NCBI GenBank assembly: GCA_964425325.1
Contig: CAYRLX010000006.1
Location: 1-56,305 of the forward strand
DNA length: 56,305 nucleotides
Origin: an uncultured Muribaculaceae bacterium
GTDB taxonomy: Bacteria; Bacillota_I; Bacilli_A; RF39; UBA660
Direction: 5' to 3'
Shown one piece after another: positions 1 to 8,055 of the stretch (the first letter of the stretch is position 1; each line of letters starts with the position of its first letter). The notes under the pieces were generated by a model that saw only the letters and a list, made by a program, of their open reading frames with translations, had not been told where the DNA came from and searched no databases. The position numbers and the translations under genes were made by a program.

Positions 1-122
1 AGCAAAAGTATAAGGAACGTTTGGATAAAATGGAACAAAAAACTATGATTATGCTTTTTGGTACTGGCGGAGGAATACTTTTATTTTTGCTTTTATCAAT
101 GATGATGATGATGAATTTTTAG
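1..122 (+). CDS. 3' end of a partial ORF with a C-terminal transmembrane helix (...QKYKERLDKMEQKTMIMLFGTGGGILLFLLLSMMMMMNF*)
   Basis: Open frame from position 3 to TAG at 120-122; hydrophobic tail; truncated by the window edge. Confidence 0.55.
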   Translation, partial: QKYKERLDKMEQKTMIMLFGTGGGILLFLLLSMMMMMNF

Positions 123-129
123 TATAAAT

Positions 130-158
130 ATTTACATTGATGTAAATTATGTTATAAT
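130..158 (+). promoter_or_regulatory. sigmaA-type promoter (TTTACA...TGnTATAAT) with a palindrome over the -35
   Basis: TTTACA 131-136, TG 150-151, TATAAT 153-158; ATTTACAT-tg-ATGTAAAT at 130-147. Confidence 0.6.
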
Positions 159-185
159 TAATTATAGAAGGATAGGTGATAATTT

Positions 186-428
186 ATGAAAGAAGCGGCT
201 GGTGAAGCTAATTTAACTGTTGTTGCTATTATATTAATTGGTATTGTTGTAGCTGTTGTTACGCCTCTTGTAACTAATTTAATGGGAAATACAGCTAGAC
301 GTGCTTGTTGTACTGATGCTGGCGGAGTATGGAGAAATAATGCTTGTACTGACGGAGGTTCTAGACAGTATGATTCAGCAGGTTATGATACTTGTGTTAA
401 TAATTCTAAAGCAAATGGACAAAGCTAG
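186..428 (+). CDS. Small Flp-like (Tad major pilin-like) protein
   Basis: 80 aa; short leader ending in G (MKEAAG), long hydrophobic helix, Cys-containing C-terminus; RBS AGGTGA; own promoter and downstream hairpin. Confidence 0.55.
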   Translation: MKEAAGEANLTVVAIILIGIVVAVVTPLVTNLMGNTARRACCTDAGGVWRNNACTDGGSRQYDSAGYDTCVNNSKANGQS

Positions 429-433
429 TTATC

Positions 434-456
434 GCTTGCTAAATAAGCAAGCTTTT
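434..456 (+). terminator. Intrinsic terminator / stabilising hairpin after the small pilin-like gene
   Basis: GCTTGCT-aaata-AGCAAGC followed by TTTT. Confidence 0.7.
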
Positions 457-480
457 CTGAGTATTTTGGGGTGATTTTAT

Positions 481-1005
481 ATGAAGGAAAGTATAGGGTC
501 AACATTCTTATATAATATGATTTTTGTCTATATTATAATTGTTTTTGGTCTTCTTACTGCTACTATGAATTATTATAAAGGATATAAAGTAAATACTAGG
601 ATTATATCTTATATTAAGCAATATAGTGGCTATAATTCTGTAGCACATGATAAAATTGAAAGTTATTTATCAAGTATTGGGTATAAGACTAAGACTTCTG
701 ATGAGGATATAAATAGAGTATGTAGTTCTACAAAAGGTGATGGTGTTTTAATCGATTCTTCTTCTCCTTCTTTTGGTGACTCTAATTATTTATACTGTGT
801 ATATTATTTTTCTAATGAGTCTAATGGAAATGAGAAGAAGGGGGAATACTATGGTTATGGGGTTACTAGTTTTATTTTTGTGGATTTACCTATAATCGGT
901 AATTTTAAACTTCCTGTTTATTCTAAAAGCAGTAGGATATATAAATTTAAAGATTCTAATAATTGTCAGCTTGGTGTGCCTGATGCGGGTGGTGAGTGCA
1001 AATGA
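481..1005 (+). CDS. TadE/pseudopilin-like single-TM protein
   Basis: MKESIG leader plus N-terminal TM; C-terminal YYGYGVTSFIFVDLPIIG motif shared with the next gene; paired Cys. Confidence 0.5.
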   Translation: MKESIGSTFLYNMIFVYIIIVFGLLTATMNYYKGYKVNTRIISYIKQYSGYNSVAHDKIESYLSSIGYKTKTSDEDINRVCSSTKGDGVLIDSSSPSFGDSNYLYCVYYFSNESNGNEKKGEYYGYGVTSFIFVDLPIIGNFKLPVYSKSSRIYKFKDSNNCQLGVPDAGGECK

Positions 1006-1457
1006 GAGAAGCAATAGCAAATGTTGGTGTATTTAATATTATGATTATTTTTATAATTGTGCTTCTTGCACTTTTTACTGGCTCTTTATCTTATTCTAAA
1101 GCTTTTAAGGTAAAGGATATGATAATTTCTGAGATTCAAAGAGATCAAGATTATAATGAAGGTACTCAAACAAGAATAGAAAATTCTCTTAAAGATATTG
1201 GTTATAGGGTGTCTGATCGTAATTCTCATGAGTGCAAGTATAGTGATAACGAATCTGCTGAGGCTTTAAATCCATTAAATATTAATAATTATGATTACTG
1301 TGTATATAAAATTAATGAATGTGGTGATGGTAATGCAAGATGTGGATCTTATTACAGAGTTACTGCATACATGTATTTTGATGTTCCGATTGTTGGAGAT
1401 ATGATTAGGATTCCTGTAAATGGAGAGACAACTACTTTTTATGATTTAAGAAGTTAA
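1002..1457 (+). CDS. TadE/pseudopilin-like single-TM protein, paralog of 481-1005
   Basis: MREAIA leader plus TM; IGY, YCVY and YYRVTAYMYFDVPIVG motifs match the previous gene; ATGA overlap with the upstream stop (ORF track starts at 996). Confidence 0.5.
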   Translation: MREAIANVGVFNIMIIFIIVLLALFTGSLSYSKAFKVKDMIISEIQRDQDYNEGTQTRIENSLKDIGYRVSDRNSHECKYSDNESAEALNPLNINNYDYCVYKINECGDGNARCGSYYRVTAYMYFDVPIVGDMIRIPVNGETTTFYDLRS

Positions 1458-1471
1458 GGAGGTGTTTTTTA

Positions 1472-2470
1472 ATGAATGTAATTATTTCTAATAAATTTCG
1501 TGATGCTTTGGCTGGTCTTGATATTGAAGTTATTAAAAAACTAGATGGTGAATTTTCTGTAGATGAAATTGTCGAAACTTTTAAAAATTTCTTTTTTCAG
1601 AAGATGATATTAGATATTACTGCTTTAAAGGATTATAAAGATATTAAAACTTTACAGCAACTTTCTTTATCTCTTGATATGGACAGATTAATACTTCTTT
1701 TAGATGGTTCACCTGAAACCTCTAATCCTGAGTATTTATCCGATTTAATTTCTATGCATATTTATAATTTTACAATGAATGTCGAGGGTGTAAAGTGGCT
1801 TTATGAGCATCCAAACAGCTATAGGGATGTGGCTCAATATCATCAACTTGACACTAATCATTCTACTGTAAATGTTGTTCCAAGTTATAGTAGTTATTCG
1901 GCTCCTGAGGTAAAAAGATGTATAGTTATATGTTTGAAAAATGTGACAGATGGAGCTGGCGCTACTACTTTAGCTTATATTATGAAAAATCAGCTTTCTA
2001 GAAATTATAATGTCGTTGCTATCGAGGTTGATAAACATGATTTTGCATTTTTTGATGACAAGAATATGTATAGTGTAAGTAATGGTGAACTTGGAAATAC
2101 TGTTGCTAAATACAGTAATATGGATGCTGTTATTATTGATGCTAATAATAGTCCGGCTGCAGAGGGATTAGCAAATGAAACTTGTTATTTGGTAGAGCCT
2201 TCTAAAATTAAATTGAATAAACTTTTATCTAGAAATCCTAGGGCATTTGTAAATTTGAAAAATAAAAATGTTTTACTCAACAAATGTATGCTTTCTAAAC
2301 AGGATATTTCTGATTTTGAATATGAGACTAATTTAAAGGTTTCTGGTAAAATTCCTTGTTTAAATGATCAAAGTAATAATAATGAAGAGTTAGATCAATT
2401 TTTAAGTAGTAAGTTTGGTTTTTATAAACAGGTTGATGTAAATAATACAGGTATTGGTTTATTTAAGTAA
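1472..2470 (+). CDS. TadZ/CpaE-like protein (receiver-like N-terminus plus degenerate MinD/ParA ATPase)
   Basis: VICLKNVTDGAGATTLA (deviant Walker A lacking Lys), VVAIEVD, DAVIID; RBS AGGAGGTG; adjacent to pilin-like genes. Confidence 0.55.
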   Translation: MNVIISNKFRDALAGLDIEVIKKLDGEFSVDEIVETFKNFFFQKMILDITALKDYKDIKTLQQLSLSLDMDRLILLLDGSPETSNPEYLSDLISMHIYNFTMNVEGVKWLYEHPNSYRDVAQYHQLDTNHSTVNVVPSYSSYSAPEVKRCIVICLKNVTDGAGATTLAYIMKNQLSRNYNVVAIEVDKHDFAFFDDKNMYSVSNGELGNTVAKYSNMDAVIIDANNSPAAEGLANETCYLVEPSKIKLNKLLSRNPRAFVNLKNKNVLLNKCMLSKQDISDFEYETNLKVSGKIPCLNDQSNNNEELDQFLSSKFGFYKQVDVNNTGIGLFK

Positions 2471-2500
2471 TTTTTATATGTAAACAATAATTTGCTCATA

Positions 2501-2529
2501 TTGACAAGTTATTAAAATAAAGGTATATT
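2501..2529 (+). promoter_or_regulatory. Strong sigmaA-type promoter for the VirB2-like pilins
   Basis: TTGACA-17 bp-TATATT; RBS GAGGAGGT upstream of 2555. Confidence 0.7.
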
Positions 2530-2554
2530 ATATGTATAAAGAGGAGGTATTTTT

Positions 2555-2890
2555 ATGAATTTAGTTAATTTTTTGGTTAACTGTCAGACTGCTAGTGGAA
2601 CAATAGAAGTTCCTGATTCAATTGCAAATTTACTTAAAACAATTATTTTTATCATTCAAGTAGTTGTACCTATATTATTAATTTTATGGGGTATGCTTGA
2701 TTTTGCTAAAGGTGTAATTGGACAAGATGAAGATAAGATTAAAGCAGGACAGAAGAAATTTATTCAGAGAATTATTGCAGCTGTAATAGTATTCTTAATT
2801 GTTACTGTTGTTCAAATTGTAATCACAACTGTTGGTAATATTAGTGGTGATTCTGGTATTTGGGATTGTGCTAGTAAAATGATTAAATAG
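2555..2890 (+). CDS. VirB2/TrbC-like T4SS pilin
   Basis: Two hydrophobic helices joined by a short charged loop (VPILLILWGMLDFAKGVIGQDEDKIKAGQKKFIQRIIAAVIVFL); upstream of VirB6/VirB4. Confidence 0.7.
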   Translation: MNLVNFLVNCQTASGTIEVPDSIANLLKTIIFIIQVVVPILLILWGMLDFAKGVIGQDEDKIKAGQKKFIQRIIAAVIVFLIVTVVQIVITTVGNISGDSGIWDCASKMIK

Positions 2891-2908
2891 TATGAAAGAG
2901 GAATTTAT

Positions 2909-3304
2909 ATGATTAATTTATTGGAAGTTTCTAATTCTACTTTATGTGATGGTGTTTTAATACCTAATCAACTTTTTAATTTTGTTGCTACTATTATTAA
3001 ATTAATTAAAATAGCAGTACCTATATTATTAATTATTTTTGGTATGATTGATTTTGCTAAATCAGTTGTTGCTAAAAATGAAGATGATGTTAAAAAATAT
3101 AGGAAACAATTCCTTTCTAGAGTTATATCTGCTATTGTAGTTTTTGTTATTGTGTTTATTGTACAATTTGCTGTTAATTTAATTTCTAGTGTAGAAGATA
3201 CCACAAATGAGGATGGTCAAACTATTAGTGATATTTGGAGCTGTAGCAAGAAATTTATTAATGGTATTGATAGTAGTAAACCTAGTAAAAAAACTGAAGA
3301 ATAA
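2909..3304 (+). CDS. VirB2/TrbC-like T4SS pilin (paralog)
   Basis: VPILLIIFGMIDFAKSVVAKNEDDVKKYRKQFLSRVISAIVVFVI aligns closely with 2555-2890. Confidence 0.7.
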   Translation: MINLLEVSNSTLCDGVLIPNQLFNFVATIIKLIKIAVPILLIIFGMIDFAKSVVAKNEDDVKKYRKQFLSRVISAIVVFVIVFIVQFAVNLISSVEDTTNEDGQTISDIWSCSKKFINGIDSSKPSKKTEE

Positions 3305-3337
3305 AAGACAATATTATTGTATGTTGTCTTTTTTTTT
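3303..3337 (+). terminator. Intrinsic terminator after the pilin pair
   Basis: AAAAGACAA...TTGTCTTTT plus a long T run. Confidence 0.65.
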
Positions 3338-3380
3338 GTTATAATGTAAAAGTAGGAAACTATTTAAAGGAGTTTATATT

Positions 3381-4529
3381 ATGAAGAGGAATAAGCTATT
3401 TATATTTGTGTTTGTTTTTATTATGTTTTTTGGTATTAATATAGATGGAGTTTTGGCTAAGTATGATAAAGGTGGTGGAGGAAATGGGACTCCTTATTCT
3501 TATGGAATTAAATGCTTTTATGAAGGCCAATTAACTGGTACTGCAAACTACGGTGGTAGTTCTGGTAACACTTGTGGAAGTGATAATTCGACAAAGACTC
3601 CATTTGTTTATGGCATAAATTTTTATTGTAATAATGGTAGTATGTCTTCTGATGGGAGGACTGTTACTAGCTGCCAAAATTTTGGTTCTTGGGGTCATGG
3701 TAGAGCAGCTCATATAAATGGCAGTGATTATAAGGTTGTTGGAATTACTAATTACAATGATGTTTTTAATACTAATTCTGCGCCTGAATCAACAATCTCT
3801 TATTTTGGAGCTGTAAAAAACAAGGGAATTAAAAAATGTCCTTCGAGTATTTATGTTAGTGGAGATTTAACTATAAGTGCATCTCAGCTTATGGGTGATG
3901 GAGAATATCCTCTGGGACGATTGTCTTTTGGAGCAAAAGGCACAAAATTAAAATTGTTATCCAGTAAAACATCTAGATATAGCAAAGGAAATGGTGGAAA
4001 TTTAGAACAGGATGTCAAAGATGTTATTTCTGAATATACTGAAATAACAAAATGTGGCGATGAATATTATGATACTACGCATGGATCGATTGGTGATAAA
4101 ATTACTGATACTAAAAATCAGAGACTAGTTGACGCAATAAAAAAATGGGCCGAAGATAAGAAAAATTCTCAAAAGAATGCTGATATTGATATTGATGCAA
4201 ATGATGAACTTAATTGTTCTCAAGTCTTGGGAGATTCTTTTGTTGAAGTCTTATCAAGTGCATTATTATTGATTTGTATTTCTGGTGTTGTTATTCTGAT
4301 TTTTATGATGGCTTCAGATTTTATAAAATCTATAACTTCAGGAGAAGCAGATGCTATGGCTGAGGCATTTAAAAAATCGAAAACTAGAATTATAGCGACT
4401 ATTATTTTGCTTTTACTTCCAATTTTAGTAAATTTTATAATTAATATTTTAAATAATAATTTTAGAATTGAGGAAGGTAATATAAAAATTGGTGATATTT
4501 CTGAATGTAATATTTCGAAAGCTGAATAA
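3381..4529 (+). CDS. Secreted Cys/Gly-rich domain fused to a C-terminal VirB2-like pilin domain
   Basis: Signal peptide (..VLA-K); C-terminal SDFIKSITSGEADAMAEAFKKSKTRIIATIILLLLP matches the pilin hairpin of the two upstream genes. Confidence 0.6.
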   Translation: MKRNKLFIFVFVFIMFFGINIDGVLAKYDKGGGGNGTPYSYGIKCFYEGQLTGTANYGGSSGNTCGSDNSTKTPFVYGINFYCNNGSMSSDGRTVTSCQNFGSWGHGRAAHINGSDYKVVGITNYNDVFNTNSAPESTISYFGAVKNKGIKKCPSSIYVSGDLTISASQLMGDGEYPLGRLSFGAKGTKLKLLSSKTSRYSKGNGGNLEQDVKDVISEYTEITKCGDEYYDTTHGSIGDKITDTKNQRLVDAIKKWAEDKKNSQKNADIDIDANDELNCSQVLGDSFVEVLSSALLLICISGVVILIFMMASDFIKSITSGEADAMAEAFKKSKTRIIATIILLLLPILVNFIINILNNNFRIEEGNIKIGDISECNISKAE

Positions 4530-4541
4530 GGAGGTTATTTT

Positions 4542-6653
4542 ATGAATAATCCTATAGATTTGATAGGTAGAGCTCTTTCTGATGCTCTTTACAATATAGC
4601 ATTTATATTTGATAGAATTGTTTATTCTTTTATTCCTAAACTATATAAGCTTATTATTTATTTAGCTAATGTTGATTTATTTAATAATAATTCTGCAATT
4701 AGTGCTCTTATGAATAGGGTATACATTTTAGTTGGTGTATTTATGCTATTTAAATTAGCTTTTTCTGTTGTTAGGTATATTGTTGATCCGAGTGCGTTTT
4801 CTGATCAATCAAAAGGATTTACTAATTTAGTAAAAAGACTTTTGATTGCTTTAGTACTATTGGTTTCTGTACCTTGGCTTTTTGGTAAATTATATGATGT
4901 ACAGTCTAAGATACTTAACAGTAATATTATTCCTAATTTAATTTTAGGAACTTCTAATGGGGCAGAGACTGATGTTGAGGAAGCAGCTAAAGATGTTCAA
5001 TTCTTAATATTTGGACCTTTTTATACTATTAAGCCAGTTGGAACTTTGTCGCCTTGTGAGCCTGATGATGATTATCCTTTATCTAATATAATTGGAACAA
5101 CCGATATGGCTTTAAAAGATGATGGTGCTTGTTTAAATGCTTTAGCAACTATCATGGATGAAGATAATAATGTTAATGCGACAGGTGTTACTTTAGATAG
5201 TTTTTTTGGTGAAAAACGTGATTTTTCTTCACTTGGTGTATTGATTGTTGCTTTTGAAGATAATGAGAGAGTAGTTGATTATTTACCAGTTATTTCTACA
5301 TTATGTGGTGGATACTTAGTATTCTTATTATTGTCTTTCTGTATTGATATAGGTGCGAGAGCAATTAAATTAATGTTTTTACAAATTCTTTCTCCTATTG
5401 CTATAATTAGTTCTATAGATCCTACTTCATCTTCACAAGGTGATAGATTGAAGGACTGGGGAAAAGAATGCTTTTCTACTTTTATTTCTTTATTTTTGAG
5501 ACTCGCTGTTGTTTATTTAGTTATCCAATTAGTGAAAGTAGTAACCTCAAAATTGTTTGCTGGAGCTGATTTATATTATGAACAATTTAGAAGTACTGCA
5601 GACATTAGCTTAAATATTTTTGTTTATGTTTTCTTGATTTTAGGAGCTTTCCAGGTAGCTAAAAAAATCCCTGAATTAATTGAAAAAGCTACTGGAATTA
5701 AGATGAGTGGTGATTTGAGTTTAAATCCATTTAAGACATTGGGTGAAGGATTGAATAATCCTTTTGTTGGTGCTGTTACTGGAGGAGTTGCTGGTGGTCT
5801 ATCTGGAGCGATGGCAGCATTTTCTACAGCACGAAATCATGATAAAGGTTTTTTTAGAAGTTTAGGTAGTGGAATTGGTGGACTTGCATCAGGTGGAGCT
5901 ACAGGATTTGCTCGTGGTGGAATGGCAGGAGGAACCAAAGGATGGAGTACAGGCCTTCAATCTGGTGGACGAATTGCTAGAAGAATGGATGTTAGAGCAG
6001 CTACTGGTGGAATTGCAGGTTTTCCAGGAATGGTTATTGATAGGGCAAGAGATATAGCTGGGGCTCCTACGACTTATGAGAGTATGGAAAATAGAGCGAA
6101 GCGATATGATGAAGTTGGTGATGCTATAAAAACTATGAATGATAGAGCAACTGATCAATTAAGTAAGAAAAGTATTGCTTGGAAACAAATACAGGCAGAG
6201 AGGGAAGTGTATGCTCAACAGTTAAAGAATGGAACTTTGCTTGAAAGTGATTATGTAACTTATATTAATAAAGCATATCAGAAGGAGCAGAAATTGATTT
6301 CTGATTATATTGACTCAAATGGTAGAAATTTAGGTAATAATCAGACACAAGCTCAGGATGAAGTACTTGAAATGAATAGAAAGACTCTTAAAAAAGCAGT
6401 GAAAGATAGTAAAGTAAGACAATTTAATGCAGATACTGGTAAATTCGAAGAGAAAATACTTGAACTAGATGAAGATAATATTCAAACTAGTTGGTCTGAT
6501 ATTGCAAGTGATGTTTCAGGAAGCAGTAAATTATTTAAATCTAGTGCTGAACATGAGGCTCTTTCAATTAGATCTAAAGATAATTATAATGATGCTCGTG
6601 ATAGAGATCAGGCTATTCATAATACTAGGCTGGATGCCCATCAGAAACATTAG
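4542..6653 (+). CDS. virB6: VirB6/TrbL-like polytopic T4SS membrane protein with a Gly-rich segment and a long helical tail
   Basis: Multiple TM helices, LMFLQILSPIAIIS and KKIPELIEK motifs, Gly/Ala-rich region; position between the pilins and virB3/virB4. Confidence 0.7.
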   Translation: MNNPIDLIGRALSDALYNIAFIFDRIVYSFIPKLYKLIIYLANVDLFNNNSAISALMNRVYILVGVFMLFKLAFSVVRYIVDPSAFSDQSKGFTNLVKRLLIALVLLVSVPWLFGKLYDVQSKILNSNIIPNLILGTSNGAETDVEEAAKDVQFLIFGPFYTIKPVGTLSPCEPDDDYPLSNIIGTTDMALKDDGACLNALATIMDEDNNVNATGVTLDSFFGEKRDFSSLGVLIVAFEDNERVVDYLPVISTLCGGYLVFLLLSFCIDIGARAIKLMFLQILSPIAIISSIDPTSSSQGDRLKDWGKECFSTFISLFLRLAVVYLVIQLVKVVTSKLFAGADLYYEQFRSTADISLNIFVYVFLILGAFQVAKKIPELIEKATGIKMSGDLSLNPFKTLGEGLNNPFVGAVTGGVAGGLSGAMAAFSTARNHDKGFFRSLGSGIGGLASGGATGFARGGMAGGTKGWSTGLQSGGRIARRMDVRAATGGIAGFPGMVIDRARDIAGAPTTYESMENRAKRYDEVGDAIKTMNDRATDQLSKKSIAWKQIQAEREVYAQQLKNGTLLESDYVTYINKAYQKEQKLISDYIDSNGRNLGNNQTQAQDEVLEMNRKTLKKAVKDSKVRQFNADTGKFEEKILELDEDNIQTSWSDIASDVSGSSKLFKSSAEHEALSIRSKDNYNDARDRDQAIHNTRLDAHQKH

Positions 6654-6664
6654 GAGGATAAAGT

Positions 6665-7213
6665 ATGAATTTTGGAGATATTATAGGACAAGTATTTCGA
6701 GATTATACTGGAATGCCTCCTAAGGTTAATAGTTATAACAATCGAATTAGCGTTTATCAGGAGATATCTGATAATGTTAGTAATGTTGAAAATAGTTCTA
6801 TTAAATATTTAAATGAGATTGGATTTATTGATTGGAAACTTGTCGATGCAAAGAGAATAAAATTAGATTCTGATTTATCAAGAGGTCTGATTAGTCCTCA
6901 AGATTATGTATTAATGTTAAATGATTTAGAATTAGAAAGAAAACAGGTATTGAATGATTTTGTAAGTTCTACTGATCAATATTTTGTTACTGCATATAGA
7001 AATAGACTTTATACTATAAAAAGTCAAAATTCTAGAAACGAATATATAAGATTAATGAATTTTGATACTTGGTTTGAGATGGAGGAAGCTAGAGAAATTG
7101 CTGATTATGCTGCTTTGCAGATAAGATCGAGCGATAAATATATTGATGCAAAAAAAATTGCTGAAATAAGAGAAAAATATTTACGAGAAAGACATATGAG
7201 AAGGGGAAGGTGA
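6665..7213 (+). CDS. Soluble protein homologous to the C-terminal tail of the upstream VirB6
   Basis: RBS AGGAGG; manual alignment shares RD..G.P, NR...Y.E..D, I.WK...A.R, G.....DYV and AL.IRS.D.Y.DA. Confidence 0.65.
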   Translation: MNFGDIIGQVFRDYTGMPPKVNSYNNRISVYQEISDNVSNVENSSIKYLNEIGFIDWKLVDAKRIKLDSDLSRGLISPQDYVLMLNDLELERKQVLNDFVSSTDQYFVTAYRNRLYTIKSQNSRNEYIRLMNFDTWFEMEEAREIADYAALQIRSSDKYIDAKKIAEIREKYLRERHMRRGR

Positions 7214-7217
7214 AATT

Positions 7218-7544
7218 ATGGATTTTTTGATACCAGCAAATTCGAAGAAATCAATGCTCATATTTGGTGTATTTGAATTATTTGATTTGATATTATTTGC
7301 TAGTGGAATTGGATTATCAGTAATACTTTTACTATTGGTAAGTCCTTCATCATTGACTGGTGCTATGATAGATATAGCTCCTGCACTTATTACTGGTTTT
7401 TTGGTAATGCCTATTCCTAATTACCGTAATACAAGAATTTTGTTAATGGAGGTATATAGTTTTTATACAAGAAGAGAGAAATTTATTTGGAAAGGATGGT
7501 GCGTTAATGATGAGTACGGAGAAAAGAAGCAAATACACAAATGA
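7218..7544 (+). CDS. VirB3/PrgI-like small membrane protein
   Basis: 108 aa, two TM helices, immediately upstream of VirB4. Confidence 0.6.
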   Translation: MDFLIPANSKKSMLIFGVFELFDLILFASGIGLSVILLLLVSPSSLTGAMIDIAPALITGFLVMPIPNYRNTRILLMEVYSFYTRREKFIWKGWCVNDEYGEKKQIHK

Positions 7545-8055
7545 TTTTGTACCTATTAGAACGATTACTAATGGTATGATAATGCTTGATAATAATGAAA
7601 AGGTTACAGGAGTAAAAATATTTCCTAGAAATATTTTTATTCTTGATCCTGAAACTAGAAATTTAATTATTAACAATTTAAGAAATGTTTATAATTTAAT
7701 TGATTATGAATTTTGGATTATATCTGCTGATAGACCTGTTGATATAACTGCTTATTTATCAAGACTTCAGCTTCTATATAATTCTCAAACTAATCCTGTT
7801 AAGAGAAAATTAATAGTTGAAGATATTAATAAGGCAAATATGTTTACTACTAATAATGTTGTGGATACGGAATTTTATTTATTATTTAAAGAAAAAGATA
7901 TGGACAAGATTCAGAAGAAAATCAGAAATTTAATTCAATCTTTTGCTAACGCTGGGCTTAATGCCACTCAGACTAGTAATGATGATTTAAGGGTAATACT
8001 TGATAATTTCTTAAATGGTGGTCAAACTACTACATTTGGGACGGTGATGAGTTAA
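7507..8055 (+). CDS. VirB4 N-terminal-like accessory protein
   Basis: DFVPIRTITNGMIM..VTGVKIFPRNIFIL..E pattern typical of the small gene preceding Gram-positive VirB4/TraE; TAATG coupling to the next gene. Confidence 0.55.
   Translation: MMSTEKRSKYTNDFVPIRTITNGMIMLDNNEKVTGVKIFPRNIFILDPETRNLIINNLRNVYNLIDYEFWIISADRPVDITAYLSRLQLLYNSQTNPVKRKLIVEDINKANMFTTNNVVDTEFYLLFKEKDMDKIQKKIRNLIQSFANAGLNATQTSNDDLRVILDNFLNGGQTTTFGTVMS

Noticed and set aside
1-122. Partial ORF as TadC
   Set aside because: Only a C-terminal TM is visible and it lacks the Pro-containing TadC pattern; insufficient evidence
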